Origin: Candidatus Kapaibacterium sp.
Lineage (GTDB): Bacteria > Bacteroidota > Ignavibacteria > Kapaibacteriales > Kapaibacteriaceae
Reading direction: 5' to 3'
NCBI GenBank assembly: GCA_044345485.1
Contig: JBIJAX010000001.1
Span: 25,452-89,451 of the forward strand
Length of the DNA: 64,000 nt
A program made the position numbers and the translations under genes. Of the stretch, positions 1-10,300 are shown in pieces (positions within the stretch are counted from its first letter, which is position 1; the number at the start of each line of letters is the position of its first letter). The notes under the pieces are model-generated. The model made no database searches. It worked only from the letters and a program-made list of their open reading frames with translations, and was not told where the DNA came from.

Positions 1-1051
1 ATATGTTAAGCTGACGCGATTTACAAGCACTACTCGAGATGAGCTTCTGAAGGCAGTCGATACGCTGCAGCGGGATGGACCGCTATCCGGGCTTATACTG
101 GACCTTCGGGACAACCCAGGAGGACTTCTTGAGGCGGCGATTGAGGTTTCAGAGTTGTTCGTCCCCCAGGGCAGTGCGATTGTTTCTACACGAGGCAGGG
201 CATATGAAGAATCCCGTTTGTATGCTTCGACGAATCCACCGCGTTTTGGCGATCTTCCACTAGCCGTTCTGATCAATGAGCAAAGTGCCAGTGCAAGCGA
301 GGTGGTCGCGGGTGCCATCCAAGACCTAGACAGAGGTGTCATTATCGGCAAGCGATCATACGGCAAGGGCTTTGTACAGTCCATGCTACCTCTATCCTCC
401 GGGTCAACTGCCCTTAAGCTTACAACAGCGCGGTACTACACACCGTCTGGGCGCTGCATACAGCGAGTCGACAAGCGTAACGGCGACTCAATCACAGCAC
501 AACAGTATACAACGCTGCGGGGACGCCGTGTTTCAGCGCGTCACGGAATCGACCCAGATACCGTCATCACGGATTCAGTGCTTCCAACGATCCTGTACAA
601 TCTCGAACAGTCGGGTGCCATCTCGTCGTTTGCCACACGATTTGCTGCGCCATATAGGTCTCTTCCATTCGATCTAGCCGATCGTAAGACAATTGTTGAT
701 GAATTCGTAAAGTATCTCGCATCTGTAGCATCATCGAAACACGACCCGCTCTTTCGCACCCTAGCGTCTCTGCAGAGCGAGCTCGAGAGGACCACCGTGA
801 ACTCTACAGCACGATCTGCCATGCAGGCTCTTCAGCAGCAGGTAGAGCGTGATTACCTTATCCAGCTTAGGAAGCATAGTGCCCAGCTGCGAGAAATGCT
901 CATGTATGAGATCCAGCTCCGTTTTTCTACCGGGAGAGCACAATATCGCAGCGTCCTGCTCGACATACCATCGGTGCGGACGGCTCATAGCGTGCTGCGC
1001 AGCCCAAAATATGGCGCGCTGTTAGCACCAATATTGCCGTCAGATCAGTAA
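1..1051 (+). CDS. ctpA: C-terminal processing peptidase (S41 family), 5'-truncated by window edge
   Basis: The frame starting at nt 2 gives ...[23 protein letters not shown]... (S41 hallmark) and runs without a stop into the 155..1051 ORF ([40 protein letters not shown]). The N-terminus lies upstream of the window. Confidence 0.85.
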   Translation, partial: YVKLTRFTSTTRDELLKAVDTLQRDGPLSGLILDLRDNPGGLLEAAIEVSELFVPQGSAIVSTRGRAYEESRLYASTNPPRFGDLPLAVLINEQSASASEVVAGAIQDLDRGVIIGKRSYGKGFVQSMLPLSSGSTALKLTTARYYTPSGRCIQRVDKRNGDSITAQQYTTLRGRRVSARHGIDPDTVITDSVLPTILYNLEQSGAISSFATRFAAPYRSLPFDLADRKTIVDEFVKYLASVASSKHDPLFRTLASLQSELERTTVNSTARSAMQALQQQVERDYLIQLRKHSAQLREMLMYEIQLRFSTGRAQYRSVLLDIPSVRTAHSVLRSPKYGALLAPILPSDQ

Positions 1052-1097
1052 CTTTGCAGTCTTTCCCCGAAAACGTGTCATAAATAGGTCCCTGTCC

Positions 1098-1961
1098 ATG
1101 AGGATTACGAAACAGTATACAAACCGCGAGAGCCAGTCACTTGACAAGTATCTCCAGGAGATTGGTCGCGTTGACCTACTAACCGGCGATGACGAAATCG
1201 TGCTCGCCCAGGCAATTAAGCGCGGCGGCTTTGAGGGATCAATTGCTCTCGAACGGCTCGTTAAAGCCAACCTGCGGTTCGTGGTTTCGGTTGCCAAGCA
1301 GTACCAAAATCAGGGCCTCTCCCTTGGTGACCTTATTAACGAAGGTAACCTTGGTCTCATTAAGGCAGCAAAGCGTTTCGATGAGACACGGGGCTTTAAG
1401 TTTATCTCGTATGCCGTCTGGTGGATTCGTCAGTCGATTCTTCAGGCACTTGCCGAGCAGTCACGTATCGTCCGACTGCCCCTTAACCGGGTTGGCGCAC
1501 TCAACAAGATCGGCAAGAAGTTTTCTGAACTTGAACAGCAGTACGAGCGCGAACCAACCGCGGCTGAACTAGCCGAGCAGCTTGAGATGTCGATTGCCGA
1601 GATCTCCGAGACGATCAAAATTTCCGGACGACACCTTTCGGTGGACGCTCCGTTTGTTCAGGGCGAAGACAACCGACTTCTCGATATTCTTCCAAACGAT
1701 CAGCAGCCCCCTCCAGACAGTGAACTTATGCGCGAGTCCTTGCGCGTTGAGGTACAGCAGGTTCTGAACACACTAAGCGAGCGTGAAGCCGAAGTTATTC
1801 GGCTCTATTTCGGCTTGGATGATCAGCAGGCTCTCACGCTTGAAGAGATTGGCGAAAAGTTCAACCTTACTCGCGAGCGTGTTCGTCAGATCAAGGAAAA
1901 GGCTATTCGCCGTCTCCGCCACGCCTCACGTTCAAAAGCACTGCGCACGTACCTAGGGTAA
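1098..1961 (+). CDS. rpoD: RNA polymerase primary sigma factor (sigma-70 family, short Bacteroidetes-type)
   Basis: Region 2 motifs [37 protein letters not shown] and [10 protein letters not shown] are present, with a region 4 HTH at the C-terminus. The 287-aa length is typical of FCB-group SigA. Confidence 0.9.
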   Translation: MRITKQYTNRESQSLDKYLQEIGRVDLLTGDDEIVLAQAIKRGGFEGSIALERLVKANLRFVVSVAKQYQNQGLSLGDLINEGNLGLIKAAKRFDETRGFKFISYAVWWIRQSILQALAEQSRIVRLPLNRVGALNKIGKKFSELEQQYEREPTAAELAEQLEMSIAEISETIKISGRHLSVDAPFVQGEDNRLLDILPNDQQPPPDSELMRESLRVEVQQVLNTLSEREAEVIRLYFGLDDQQALTLEEIGEKFNLTRERVRQIKEKAIRRLRHASRSKALRTYLG

Positions 1962-1973
1962 TCGAGAATCGAC

Positions 1974-2525
1974 ATGGCTTCCATGCAATCGGAGTACATC
2001 GGTGTGCTTGGAAGAGTTCATGGTCTTGACGGCACGTTTGTGCTATCAGATGCGGTTCCCCTGCCGCAGGGCATCTCACCGGGCACAAGCATTTCGATCG
2101 GATTCTCGCGCGACTTCACGAAACCCTACTGCGTTGAGTCATTCGTTCAGAATGAACACCGCACTCTGCTGAAGGTAAGGGAGATTGCAAGTTCTGAAGC
2201 AGCAACCCAGCTGTTGGATAATGCGGTGTTTGCCAGCTCCGATGCACTAGGTGCACCCTTTCACGATCGATTCCGTATCGGCGATATTGAAGGTTCGAGC
2301 GTAGTTGATGAATCCGGCAATCTTCTCGGGACGATTACCGACGTATGGATTCTGCCGGCAAATGACGTTTGGGTAGTAACCACACCTTCGAAGAGTACCA
2401 TCCCTCTTCCTGTTATCGACCAGGTTATCCTACACGTAGACGTAGAGAAGAAACAAATTACCGCAAGATTGCTAGACGGCCTGGAACAGGTAGATACACA
2501 CGAGGATCTCGAACCAGATGCCTAA
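1974..2525 (+). CDS. rimM: 16S rRNA processing protein RimM
   Basis: Size is about 180 aa, it has an N-terminal GxxHGLxG motif, and it sits in the conserved position immediately upstream of trmD. Confidence 0.7.
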   Translation: MASMQSEYIGVLGRVHGLDGTFVLSDAVPLPQGISPGTSISIGFSRDFTKPYCVESFVQNEHRTLLKVREIASSEAATQLLDNAVFASSDALGAPFHDRFRIGDIEGSSVVDESGNLLGTITDVWILPANDVWVVTTPSKSTIPLPVIDQVILHVDVEKKQITARLLDGLEQVDTHEDLEPDA

Positions 2526-3222
2526 CTCAGCCATTCGCATCGACATCGTATGCGTCGTTCCTCAGGTGCTGGAATCGGTCATCTCTACCTCGATTCTGAA
2601 GCGTGCTCAGGACAAGGGGCTTGTTGAGATCCATCTGCATAACCTACATGACTTCGCAACCGACACCTACCGTCACATAGACGACACGCCTTACGGTGGG
2701 GGCGCAGGCATGGTGATTCAGTGCGAACCCGTTTTTGCGTGCATCGAGGGATTATTGCGTGATCGTTCCTACGATGAGGTTATCTACCTTAGTCCAGACG
2801 GCGAGGTTCTTAACCAACAGATGTGCAATTCTCTATCTCTTAAACAGAACATCATTCTGTTGTGTGGACACTACAAAGGCATTGACCAACGTATTCGAGA
2901 TGTACTGGTGACAAAGGAGATTTCCGTTGGCGACTACGTTCTCACTGGCGGCGAGATTGCCGCTGGCGTGCTAGCCGACGCCATTGTGCGACTCGTACCC
3001 GGAGTTGTTGGCGATGCAGAAAGTGTGCTCGAAGATTCATTTATGAACGGTGTTCTTGATGCACCTCAGTACACGAAGCCTGCTTTGTTTCGTGACATGA
3101 GCGTACCAGATGTTCTGCTCTCTGGAAATCATGCTAAAATCCGTCAATGGAGGCATGACCAAGCTCTCGCAAAAACAATTCAACGCAGACCGGATCTGCT
3201 AGAACCGGGAGCATCTGAATGA
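2518..3222 (+). CDS. trmD: tRNA (guanine37-N1)-methyltransferase
   Basis: TrmD motifs are IDIVCVVP, YGGGAGMV, LLCGHYKGIDQRI and GDYVLTGGE. It overlaps the rimM stop. Confidence 0.9.
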   Translation: MPNSAIRIDIVCVVPQVLESVISTSILKRAQDKGLVEIHLHNLHDFATDTYRHIDDTPYGGGAGMVIQCEPVFACIEGLLRDRSYDEVIYLSPDGEVLNQQMCNSLSLKQNIILLCGHYKGIDQRIRDVLVTKEISVGDYVLTGGEIAAGVLADAIVRLVPGVVGDAESVLEDSFMNGVLDAPQYTKPALFRDMSVPDVLLSGNHAKIRQWRHDQALAKTIQRRPDLLEPGASE

Positions 3223-4079
3223 TCATTGCCGAACAGGAAATCACGATAACTAATCGGCACGGCGATGCGATCAATTCAACGCTTACTCTGCCGCCCCATG
3301 GGGCCGCTGGTGGCATGCCCTTGCTACTAGTGCTGCATGGTTTTAAGGGCTTTCGTAATTACAGCTTTTTGCCTTGGATTGCCCAGCATGGTGCATCACA
3401 TGGGATGGCAGTACTGCGGATGTGTTTTTCGCTCAACGGCATGCGGAACACGTCGTGGCTTGTGCAGTCAACCGACGATTTTGCACGGAACACGATATCA
3501 CGTGAATGCGATGATGTGGCAGACATGCTTGCCGCACTGACGTCAGAGAACTGCTTCGACAATCTGCGTGCGGTCTGGGACAACACGATTAGCCTTCTAG
3601 GGCATTCCCGCGGAGGGGGTGTAGCACTTGTCGCAGCCAGAGAACTGGTGGAGACTAATCCCACAGCGCTGCGCAAGGTAGCAGTGTGGAATTCCGTAGG
3701 CACATGGAATCGCTGGACGTCCAGACAGGCTGATGCCTGGAAAGCTGCGGGTACGTTCGAGATGCAGAACCAGCGAACACTGCAGATGCTCAATATGCAT
3801 TCTACCTACCTTGAGGACATTGAGAACAACAGCGCAAGGCTCGATCTCATATATGCGTTAAAAGCGCTCAATAACAGAGTGAGGTTCGTTCATGCGCAGC
3901 ATGACCTCACCGTGCCACTGCGTGAAATTGAAGATGTAGCTCGCGCTGCAACCTTGGTAGATTCAATTCGTGTTGTTCCAAACACAACTCATACGTTCGG
4001 CATGGAACACCCTGTTCACCGGATAACAGCTGGCCTTGTTGAAGCACTTGATAACACCTTCCCGTGGATCGCACAATGA
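3219..4079 (+). CDS. alpha/beta-fold hydrolase
   Basis: LLLVLHGFKGF and the GHSRGGG nucleophile elbow (GxSxG) identify the fold. It shares an ATGA overlap with trmD. Confidence 0.6.
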   Translation: MIIAEQEITITNRHGDAINSTLTLPPHGAAGGMPLLLVLHGFKGFRNYSFLPWIAQHGASHGMAVLRMCFSLNGMRNTSWLVQSTDDFARNTISRECDDVADMLAALTSENCFDNLRAVWDNTISLLGHSRGGGVALVAARELVETNPTALRKVAVWNSVGTWNRWTSRQADAWKAAGTFEMQNQRTLQMLNMHSTYLEDIENNSARLDLIYALKALNNRVRFVHAQHDLTVPLREIEDVARAATLVDSIRVVPNTTHTFGMEHPVHRITAGLVEALDNTFPWIAQ

Positions 4080-4510
4080 ACCGTGTGAATAGTAGGATAG
4101 CTTTTCTGTGTGCTGTAGCTGCGTTAACTGGCTGCGAGGTTTTCGTGGTTGGTACACCCTCAAAGCCGAAGATGGTGATTGAACGCAGCCAGCGTTCTTC
4201 ACCTGGCGTTGTTCACCTGTTTAAGGCAGAGCTGGACTCCGGGAATACGATCGCCGCTACAGAATTGATGGTCTCATCCAGCGGACGACCCCTTCTGGCG
4301 GTTGAGAAACATGAGCTTGCAGATGATCTTACTCGCTGGAAGTCCGTGATGGCAGGAGAGCCAATTTCGGATACCCGGATTGACACTGTTAATGCTGAAA
4401 CACACGAGGTTGTTATCACACTCGACTACGTGAGGAAAATGAACTTCAGCACTATACGGCGTAACGGGGCGTGGTGGGTAACAAAGGTGACCGATCCGCA
4501 ACGGAAGTAA
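4076..4510 (+). CDS. hypothetical lipoprotein
   Basis: A signal peptide with the lipobox LTGC is present. The start was chosen at an internal ATG forming an ATGA overlap with the upstream stop. I recognise no conserved domain. Confidence 0.45.
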   Translation: MNRVNSRIAFLCAVAALTGCEVFVVGTPSKPKMVIERSQRSSPGVVHLFKAELDSGNTIAATELMVSSSGRPLLAVEKHELADDLTRWKSVMAGEPISDTRIDTVNAETHEVVITLDYVRKMNFSTIRRNGAWWVTKVTDPQRK

Positions 4511-4521
4511 CAACCGTTAGC

Positions 4522-5865
4522 TTAGTCAGCCTTGACGAACATCTTCGTTACTGTACGGCCGCCCGTGTTGGCAACAATTGTGTAGGTGCCGGGAACTAGC
4601 GCTTCTGTGTTCAACATGACGTTCACAGAGCCGCCAGCTATTCCTGTGAGCTCAAGTGAAGGAAGCACAGCAACACCCGACAACGAATAGACATTCACTG
4701 TAGCTGCGCTATTGGCAATTCCACTGAGTACTAACATTGTGTTGTCGCGAACTGGATTAGGGCGTGCATCTATTGAAGTAACGTCAGCGAATTCTTGAAC
4801 ACTCGAACTTGGATCCAAATGCCGGTGGACAAAGGTGCCTTTAGGTGCGACAAACACATGGTTGTCCTTCGTGACAACAACTCCGTTTGCAGATCCATCG
4901 ACTGATTCGAGTCCCTCGCGCACTAGAGTCCAGCTTGCCCCGTAATTCGTGCTGTGGAATGGGCCAGAAATCTTCTCTGTTGTGGCCCACATTTCTCCGT
5001 TCTTGCCTAGGGTAATTCCGGAAACTCGGTTATTGGTGATGTCGGTATTGTCCCACCCAGTCTTGAGGTAGCTCCAAGATTCGCCATCGTTCGTAGACTT
5101 CATGACGATTGCGTTCTTGCTTTGTGCAGAGCTAGGAAGAGCATTGCGTCCAACATAGAGGTGCCCCTTCTCGTCATGGGTCATAACTCTAAAGTTATCA
5201 TCGCTTTCACCTGAGGTTGGGTCGGAATCTATACGCGTCCATGAAGCCCCCTTATTCGATGTGCGGTACAACCCTTTGTTGTATGCAACAAGAACAAAGA
5301 GCTTATCTGAATTCGGAGACTGAAACACTTCAAACAGTGCGGAGGAAGCCCCTGGGATGTTTGAACGAGGTATCGCAACGAATGAATCGCCATTGTTCGC
5401 TGAGAAGCTCATCCGCAGATCTGCCGGCCCGTTGTCATAACCAACAAAGACGCTAGTGATTCCAGATGGCAGCACTTTCGTGTTTACACATACTCGACTT
5501 GAAGGCGATACAGCGAATCCTAGATCCAGCTTCTTCCAGGTACGTCCGTCGTCTGTCGAGCGCACAACCCCAACACCATTCACGGATGCGAAGAGCACAT
5601 CATTCGCTCCAATCTTTACTCCGCTAATCGTAACAAAGTTTATTCCATCGTCGATGCCACTATCGGAGAAATCCCATGTTTCACCACGATCCGTCGTTCG
5701 GTATACTTTGCTATAGTCCGTACCAGCGAACACGTGCCCCTTACTGTTCGTCGCAAGACATGTAGCGGCTGCTGCCGGACCCGAAGTTACCTGCCAAAAC
5801 TGACCATAACTGGTAGCGCTGGAAAAAAGCAGAACAACGATGCAAAAGAGTTGCAGAATGCGCAT
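4522..5865 (-). CDS. secreted BNR/Asp-box repeat protein with T9SS C-terminal sorting domain
   Basis: There is an N-terminal signal peptide and five SxDxGxTW Asp-box repeats (TTDRGETW, STDDGRTW, TSNKGASW, STNDGESW, STNYGASW). The C-terminal roughly 80 aa end ...GTYTIVANTGGRTVTKMFVKAD, which is typical of T9SS type-A CTDs. Confidence 0.7.
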   Translation of the reverse strand: MRILQLFCIVVLLFSSATSYGQFWQVTSGPAAAATCLATNSKGHVFAGTDYSKVYRTTDRGETWDFSDSGIDDGINFVTISGVKIGANDVLFASVNGVGVVRSTDDGRTWKKLDLGFAVSPSSRVCVNTKVLPSGITSVFVGYDNGPADLRMSFSANNGDSFVAIPRSNIPGASSALFEVFQSPNSDKLFVLVAYNKGLYRTSNKGASWTRIDSDPTSGESDDNFRVMTHDEKGHLYVGRNALPSSAQSKNAIVMKSTNDGESWSYLKTGWDNTDITNNRVSGITLGKNGEMWATTEKISGPFHSTNYGASWTLVREGLESVDGSANGVVVTKDNHVFVAPKGTFVHRHLDPSSSVQEFADVTSIDARPNPVRDNTMLVLSGIANSAATVNVYSLSGVAVLPSLELTGIAGGSVNVMLNTEALVPGTYTIVANTGGRTVTKMFVKAD

Positions 5866-5931
5866 GGGTGTCTCGTTCTATCTTTGTAGTACGTACACAA
5901 GATACCACATTTCACGTAAGGCAGTGGCACT

Positions 5932-7362
5932 ATGCATATACATTTCATCGGTATCGGCGGAACGGCCATGGGCTCTGTGGCGGTTGCATGTCGGATGCAG
6001 GGACATACCGTTACTGGCAGCGATGGTCCTGTGTACGAGCCAATGAATGGCGTATTGTCTAGGGCCGGGATTGAACGGTACGAGGGCTATAGCAGCAGCA
6101 AGCTGCTGTCCCTATGCCCAGACTTGACGGTAATTGGGAATGCAATCAGCCGTGGAAATGAGGAACTCGAGTTCATTCTCAATGAGCGCTGGCCCTACAC
6201 ATCAATGGCCGAACTCGTTGGGAAACTCTTCATAGATCGCAATACATCAATCGTCTGTGCGGGTACGCATGGCAAGACTACAACGTCGAGTATTACTGCA
6301 TGGCTATTGGAACATGCAGGATACCGGCCAGGATACCTCATTGGGGGTGTACCCCAGAATTTCGATGTAGGCTGCAGGCCGGTTCCAGAGGACGTGCACA
6401 ACACGCGTGCCGGTGTATTTGTATCTGAGGGAGACGAATACGACACAGCGTTTTTTGATAAGCGTAGCAAGTTTGTGCATTACCGTCCGACAATTGCCGT
6501 AATCAACAATCTCGAATTCGACCATGCAGACATTTTCCCGTCCGTAGAAGCAATCATCCAGTCGTTTCGCCAGATGATTCGCATTATTCCACAAAACGGC
6601 GTTGCGCTGGTTAATGCGGATGACGCCAATGCTCTGGCAGCTGCAGCTCAAGCACCCTGTCGTGTAGAAACTGTTGGCATCTCTGCCGATGCCCTATGGC
6701 GCATTCACGATGTTACCGAATGCGGCGGTAATACAGAGTGGACAATCGAATACAACGGCAGTGAATGCGGTCGATTTACGCTCCCAATGCCAGGCATCCA
6801 TAACGTAAGAAATGCCACGATGGCAATTGCATCGACACATCACTCAGGATTGACCATTCAGGAGCAGCAGGCGGCCATGCCCCTTTTCATGCCGCCAAAG
6901 AGACGTCTCGAAGAGCTATGCGCATGGAATGGCGCTATTGTGATTGATGACTTTGCACATCATCCTACTGCAATTGCACTCACGATCACTGCCTTGCGCC
7001 AGAAGTATGCGGGATCACGCCTCCATGTTGTTTTCGAGCCACGCTCCAACACGACCACACGCAACTTTTTTCAATCTGAGCTCGCCACATGTTTTAATGG
7101 TGCAGCCAGCGTGTGTTTGGGTCCTGTAAATCGTCCAGAACGATACGCCCCAGAAGAGCGACTCGACACCGAGCAGCTTATGTCTGATATCCGCGCCTAT
7201 GGAATAGACGCGCTCTCGATTGATCCCCTTCATGCTACTGATGCTCAATGGGGTAGGCTGGTTGCCAATTATCTGGAGACTCGAGTTCAACCCGGTGATG
7301 TAATCGCGATTCTCAGCAATGGAGATGTTGGCGGCTTACGCCGAATGCTTACCGCTGAATGA
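5932..7362 (+). CDS. mpl: UDP-N-acetylmuramate:L-alanyl-gamma-D-glutamyl-meso-diaminopimelate ligase
   Basis: MHIHFIGIGGTAMGS..., GTHGKTTT and DEYDTAFFDKRSKFVHY match Mpl closely and distinguish it from MurC. Confidence 0.8.
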   Translation: MHIHFIGIGGTAMGSVAVACRMQGHTVTGSDGPVYEPMNGVLSRAGIERYEGYSSSKLLSLCPDLTVIGNAISRGNEELEFILNERWPYTSMAELVGKLFIDRNTSIVCAGTHGKTTTSSITAWLLEHAGYRPGYLIGGVPQNFDVGCRPVPEDVHNTRAGVFVSEGDEYDTAFFDKRSKFVHYRPTIAVINNLEFDHADIFPSVEAIIQSFRQMIRIIPQNGVALVNADDANALAAAAQAPCRVETVGISADALWRIHDVTECGGNTEWTIEYNGSECGRFTLPMPGIHNVRNATMAIASTHHSGLTIQEQQAAMPLFMPPKRRLEELCAWNGAIVIDDFAHHPTAIALTITALRQKYAGSRLHVVFEPRSNTTTRNFFQSELATCFNGAASVCLGPVNRPERYAPEERLDTEQLMSDIRAYGIDALSIDPLHATDAQWGRLVANYLETRVQPGDVIAILSNGDVGGLRRMLTAE

Positions 7363-10300
7363 GCAACTTTTTCATCGGCCATGTTGTCATTGAGCCGTCG
7401 GCATTCTGTCCAGTGATTACATAGAAGTACATGCCTGGCGCAACAACGCGATCATCCTGAGCCCGCAGGTTCCAACGTAGACCGCCGTTACCATCGGCGC
7501 TGCGAAGCCGAATTACGTGGTTCATCTTGTCGTCCAATACTTCAACATCTGCAATCGCCGGAAGTCCTGCAAACACTAGTGCATCATGCACTTGCATCTT
7601 GAGTGGCTGTGGGTAGGTATAGGCGTCAGACTCTTCACTGCCGTAAACGCTAAATGCGATTGTATTGCCAGCCCCTTGCGCAATAGCATGAGATGTGTCG
7701 TATTTCACGTTGCGTGCAGAAACCGCATACGTCACGCCCTTGGCGCGAAGTGGATATGCGGGATCTAACTCCAATGCGACCGATGCTGAGTCGATACGCC
7801 GAACGCCGACAACGGATCCCTCCGGACGCAGAGTATAGGCAGCCACTTGTAGCGCTGATTCATCAACCTGATGCGAATACCGAAGGTGAAGTGTGATTGG
7901 TGATACAACGTCGACACCCGAGAGTGTAATCACTGTTCGCTGCTCTGGTGCAGGGGGCTCATTCACGACACGGATCGTAAAGGACCTTGCCACAAAAAGA
8001 TCTCGACTCATTGGCAGATCCACATGCAGGGTTATTGAATCGCCAGAATACTCTACCTCAGGAAACACAAACTGCACTGTCTGGCCGCTAGGTGTTCGAG
8101 CAATTCTAGCATGCACCTGAAAAGCAGTATCCGCTACATCACGAAGAATCTGTCTCGGCAGTGCAAGCCCCTTTGCATCTATCTCACCTGCACATGTGAG
8201 CTGCAGAACTAGTCCACTGCGTAGTTCACGTCTCGACACAACAGATCGTTCAAGCTGTATGCCAAAGATCACGGGGCGAGCATCTACAACAACACGGTTT
8301 GAGGATCTTCCAGGGCGAGGACTTTGTTCACTTGAAAGTGCTTGTACAACAAAAGACACGATCGAATCAGCCAGCCCCCTCATCTGATAACGATACGCAG
8401 TGGCTTGTACCTCTGCTACCACGGAATCACTGGCTGCAACGCGCCGCACGATGCGATAGGCAGACGCACCGTCAACTGGATACCAAGACAGACGCACGCT
8501 ACCGAGAGTTGTATCTGCACGATCGTGATACGCCCTTAGTGAACTTGGCGCCGGCATTGACTTACTCGCACTTTGCTGCACAAACGTAAAGCCCGTCATA
8601 GCTCCGATCTCAGGGACAGTCGTTCCAATGCCTAGTTCGCGCACACCATCTTTGTTCCAATCAAACGTTAGCACGCGCGGGGTAGCAACATCATTGAAAA
8701 AGCCCTTTGGCGCGACATTGCCTGCTGCACTGAGACCAAAGAGATAGAGGCGCGGGAATGCACTCAGGATGATCTCATCACCAGGAACGCTGTCAATGTT
8801 TGCAAGTGCAACACCATTTCGGTAGCCGATTCCGTATCGTACGCCCGCCACATGGTCCTGCCATGTGACAGTATATCCGGAATCGTTACTGTACGAGAAG
8901 CAACGATACGTCCATGCCTGACGTCCATATTCGCCCTGCTCATCTGCCTCTATTCTATCGGGCACACCATGCAGAATATCTGGGCGGCCGTCGGCGTTAA
9001 CATCTCCAGCGGCAACGAATCCCGAGCCCCCTGCCCCTGGTCCTTGAAAGACATACTTCTCTTCAAAAGATGAACCGTTCCACTCGTGAATCAGCAGATC
9101 GCCATCGGTATCAGAGAATGCGATCTCCATTCTGCCATTGCCATTGAAGTCGCCGGCGCCAACGCTGATTTCGTCTACACGATTGGTACCGCTCTTCGTG
9201 GGCGGACTTGAGGAGTTCTTCGCAATGCCTAACAACGAGAATATGTCTCCCTTGCAGGTATATACGTAGCATGCATTGTCTGCAAGTGCAAGAATCTCTT
9301 CCCGTCCATCGCCATCGATATCGGCAGCCCCTGCAGCGTTGACCACTGTTGTAGAATCTGCAAATAGAATACTCGAAAACAAACTCTGTGTTGGCGACTG
9401 CTGTTCAAACAGCACCGTTCTGCCTACAACGTGACACAGCAGTTCATACCGTCCGTTACCATTTACATCAGTAATTGCACGAGGGATGTAGACGTCGTTC
9501 AGCGAATCACGTACCGCCCAGTTACCATTATCGTACTGGACGATCACTGTCCGGCCAAACCCACCATCAGATAGATCGTTCATTGCAAAGCACTTACTGC
9601 CGTCGCGATAGAGATCTCGAACGTCGTCGAGAACATATCCTGCCCACGGGGCCGAGGCAACTATATCCCAGCCAGTTGTAGGTGCAGCCTCATCTGCAGG
9701 CGTTTGGAGTTCGATAGTCGAGTCCGCAGCTCTTCCCAGCATCGGACTGCATGTCACATGAACCTTGCGCAGTTTTGATGCGTACCCTGCGCTGTCTGGC
9801 AACACGACGCTATGCGTTGATGCATACTTTCTCGGCGTAGAAAACACGTCGTAGTCTGCTGGCACGCTTTCGGTAACTGCACAAACCGCTGGACGATTGG
9901 TGCTGACGGTGATGATGTGAGTCTTGCGATCCGTGAACCATGCAGACACCTGCTCCAGTGATGTGATCCTACACGAATCAGCATCAATGATGCGCACACG
10001 CATATGGCAGTCATGATGCCTGCCATCGGAACCGTAGGAACGCACTCGAAGCGTGTAGAGGCCGCTTTCGAACGACAAAGTGGGAACGGCACCGATGTAT
10101 CCCTCTATCACAGAATTCCAGCTCGTTGAAACGGTCTCCCACTCAATGGGTTCTATTCCCCTTCCAAATGCGATCTCACTCCGGAGAAAGTTGATGACGT
10201 GATTTGAGCCAAAGATCTGAATACTCGGTGTTGTGCGTAGATCAAACTCCTCTTCAGTTAGTGGTCGTGTGATCGATACACGGCTGAGACCCATTGCCGA

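Noticed and set aside
75-263. 62-aa ORF at window start
   Set aside because: It is out of frame with the S41 peptidase reading frame, which runs from nt 2 (…[13 protein letters not shown]…) into the 155..1051 ORF. It is a spurious overlapping frame.
336-1572. Several ORFs in alternate or antisense frames inside ctpA and rpoD (336..677, 541..822, 761..988, 1189..1572)
   Set aside because: They lie entirely within strongly supported conserved genes, have no recognisable motifs, and are typical GC-rich antisense open frames.
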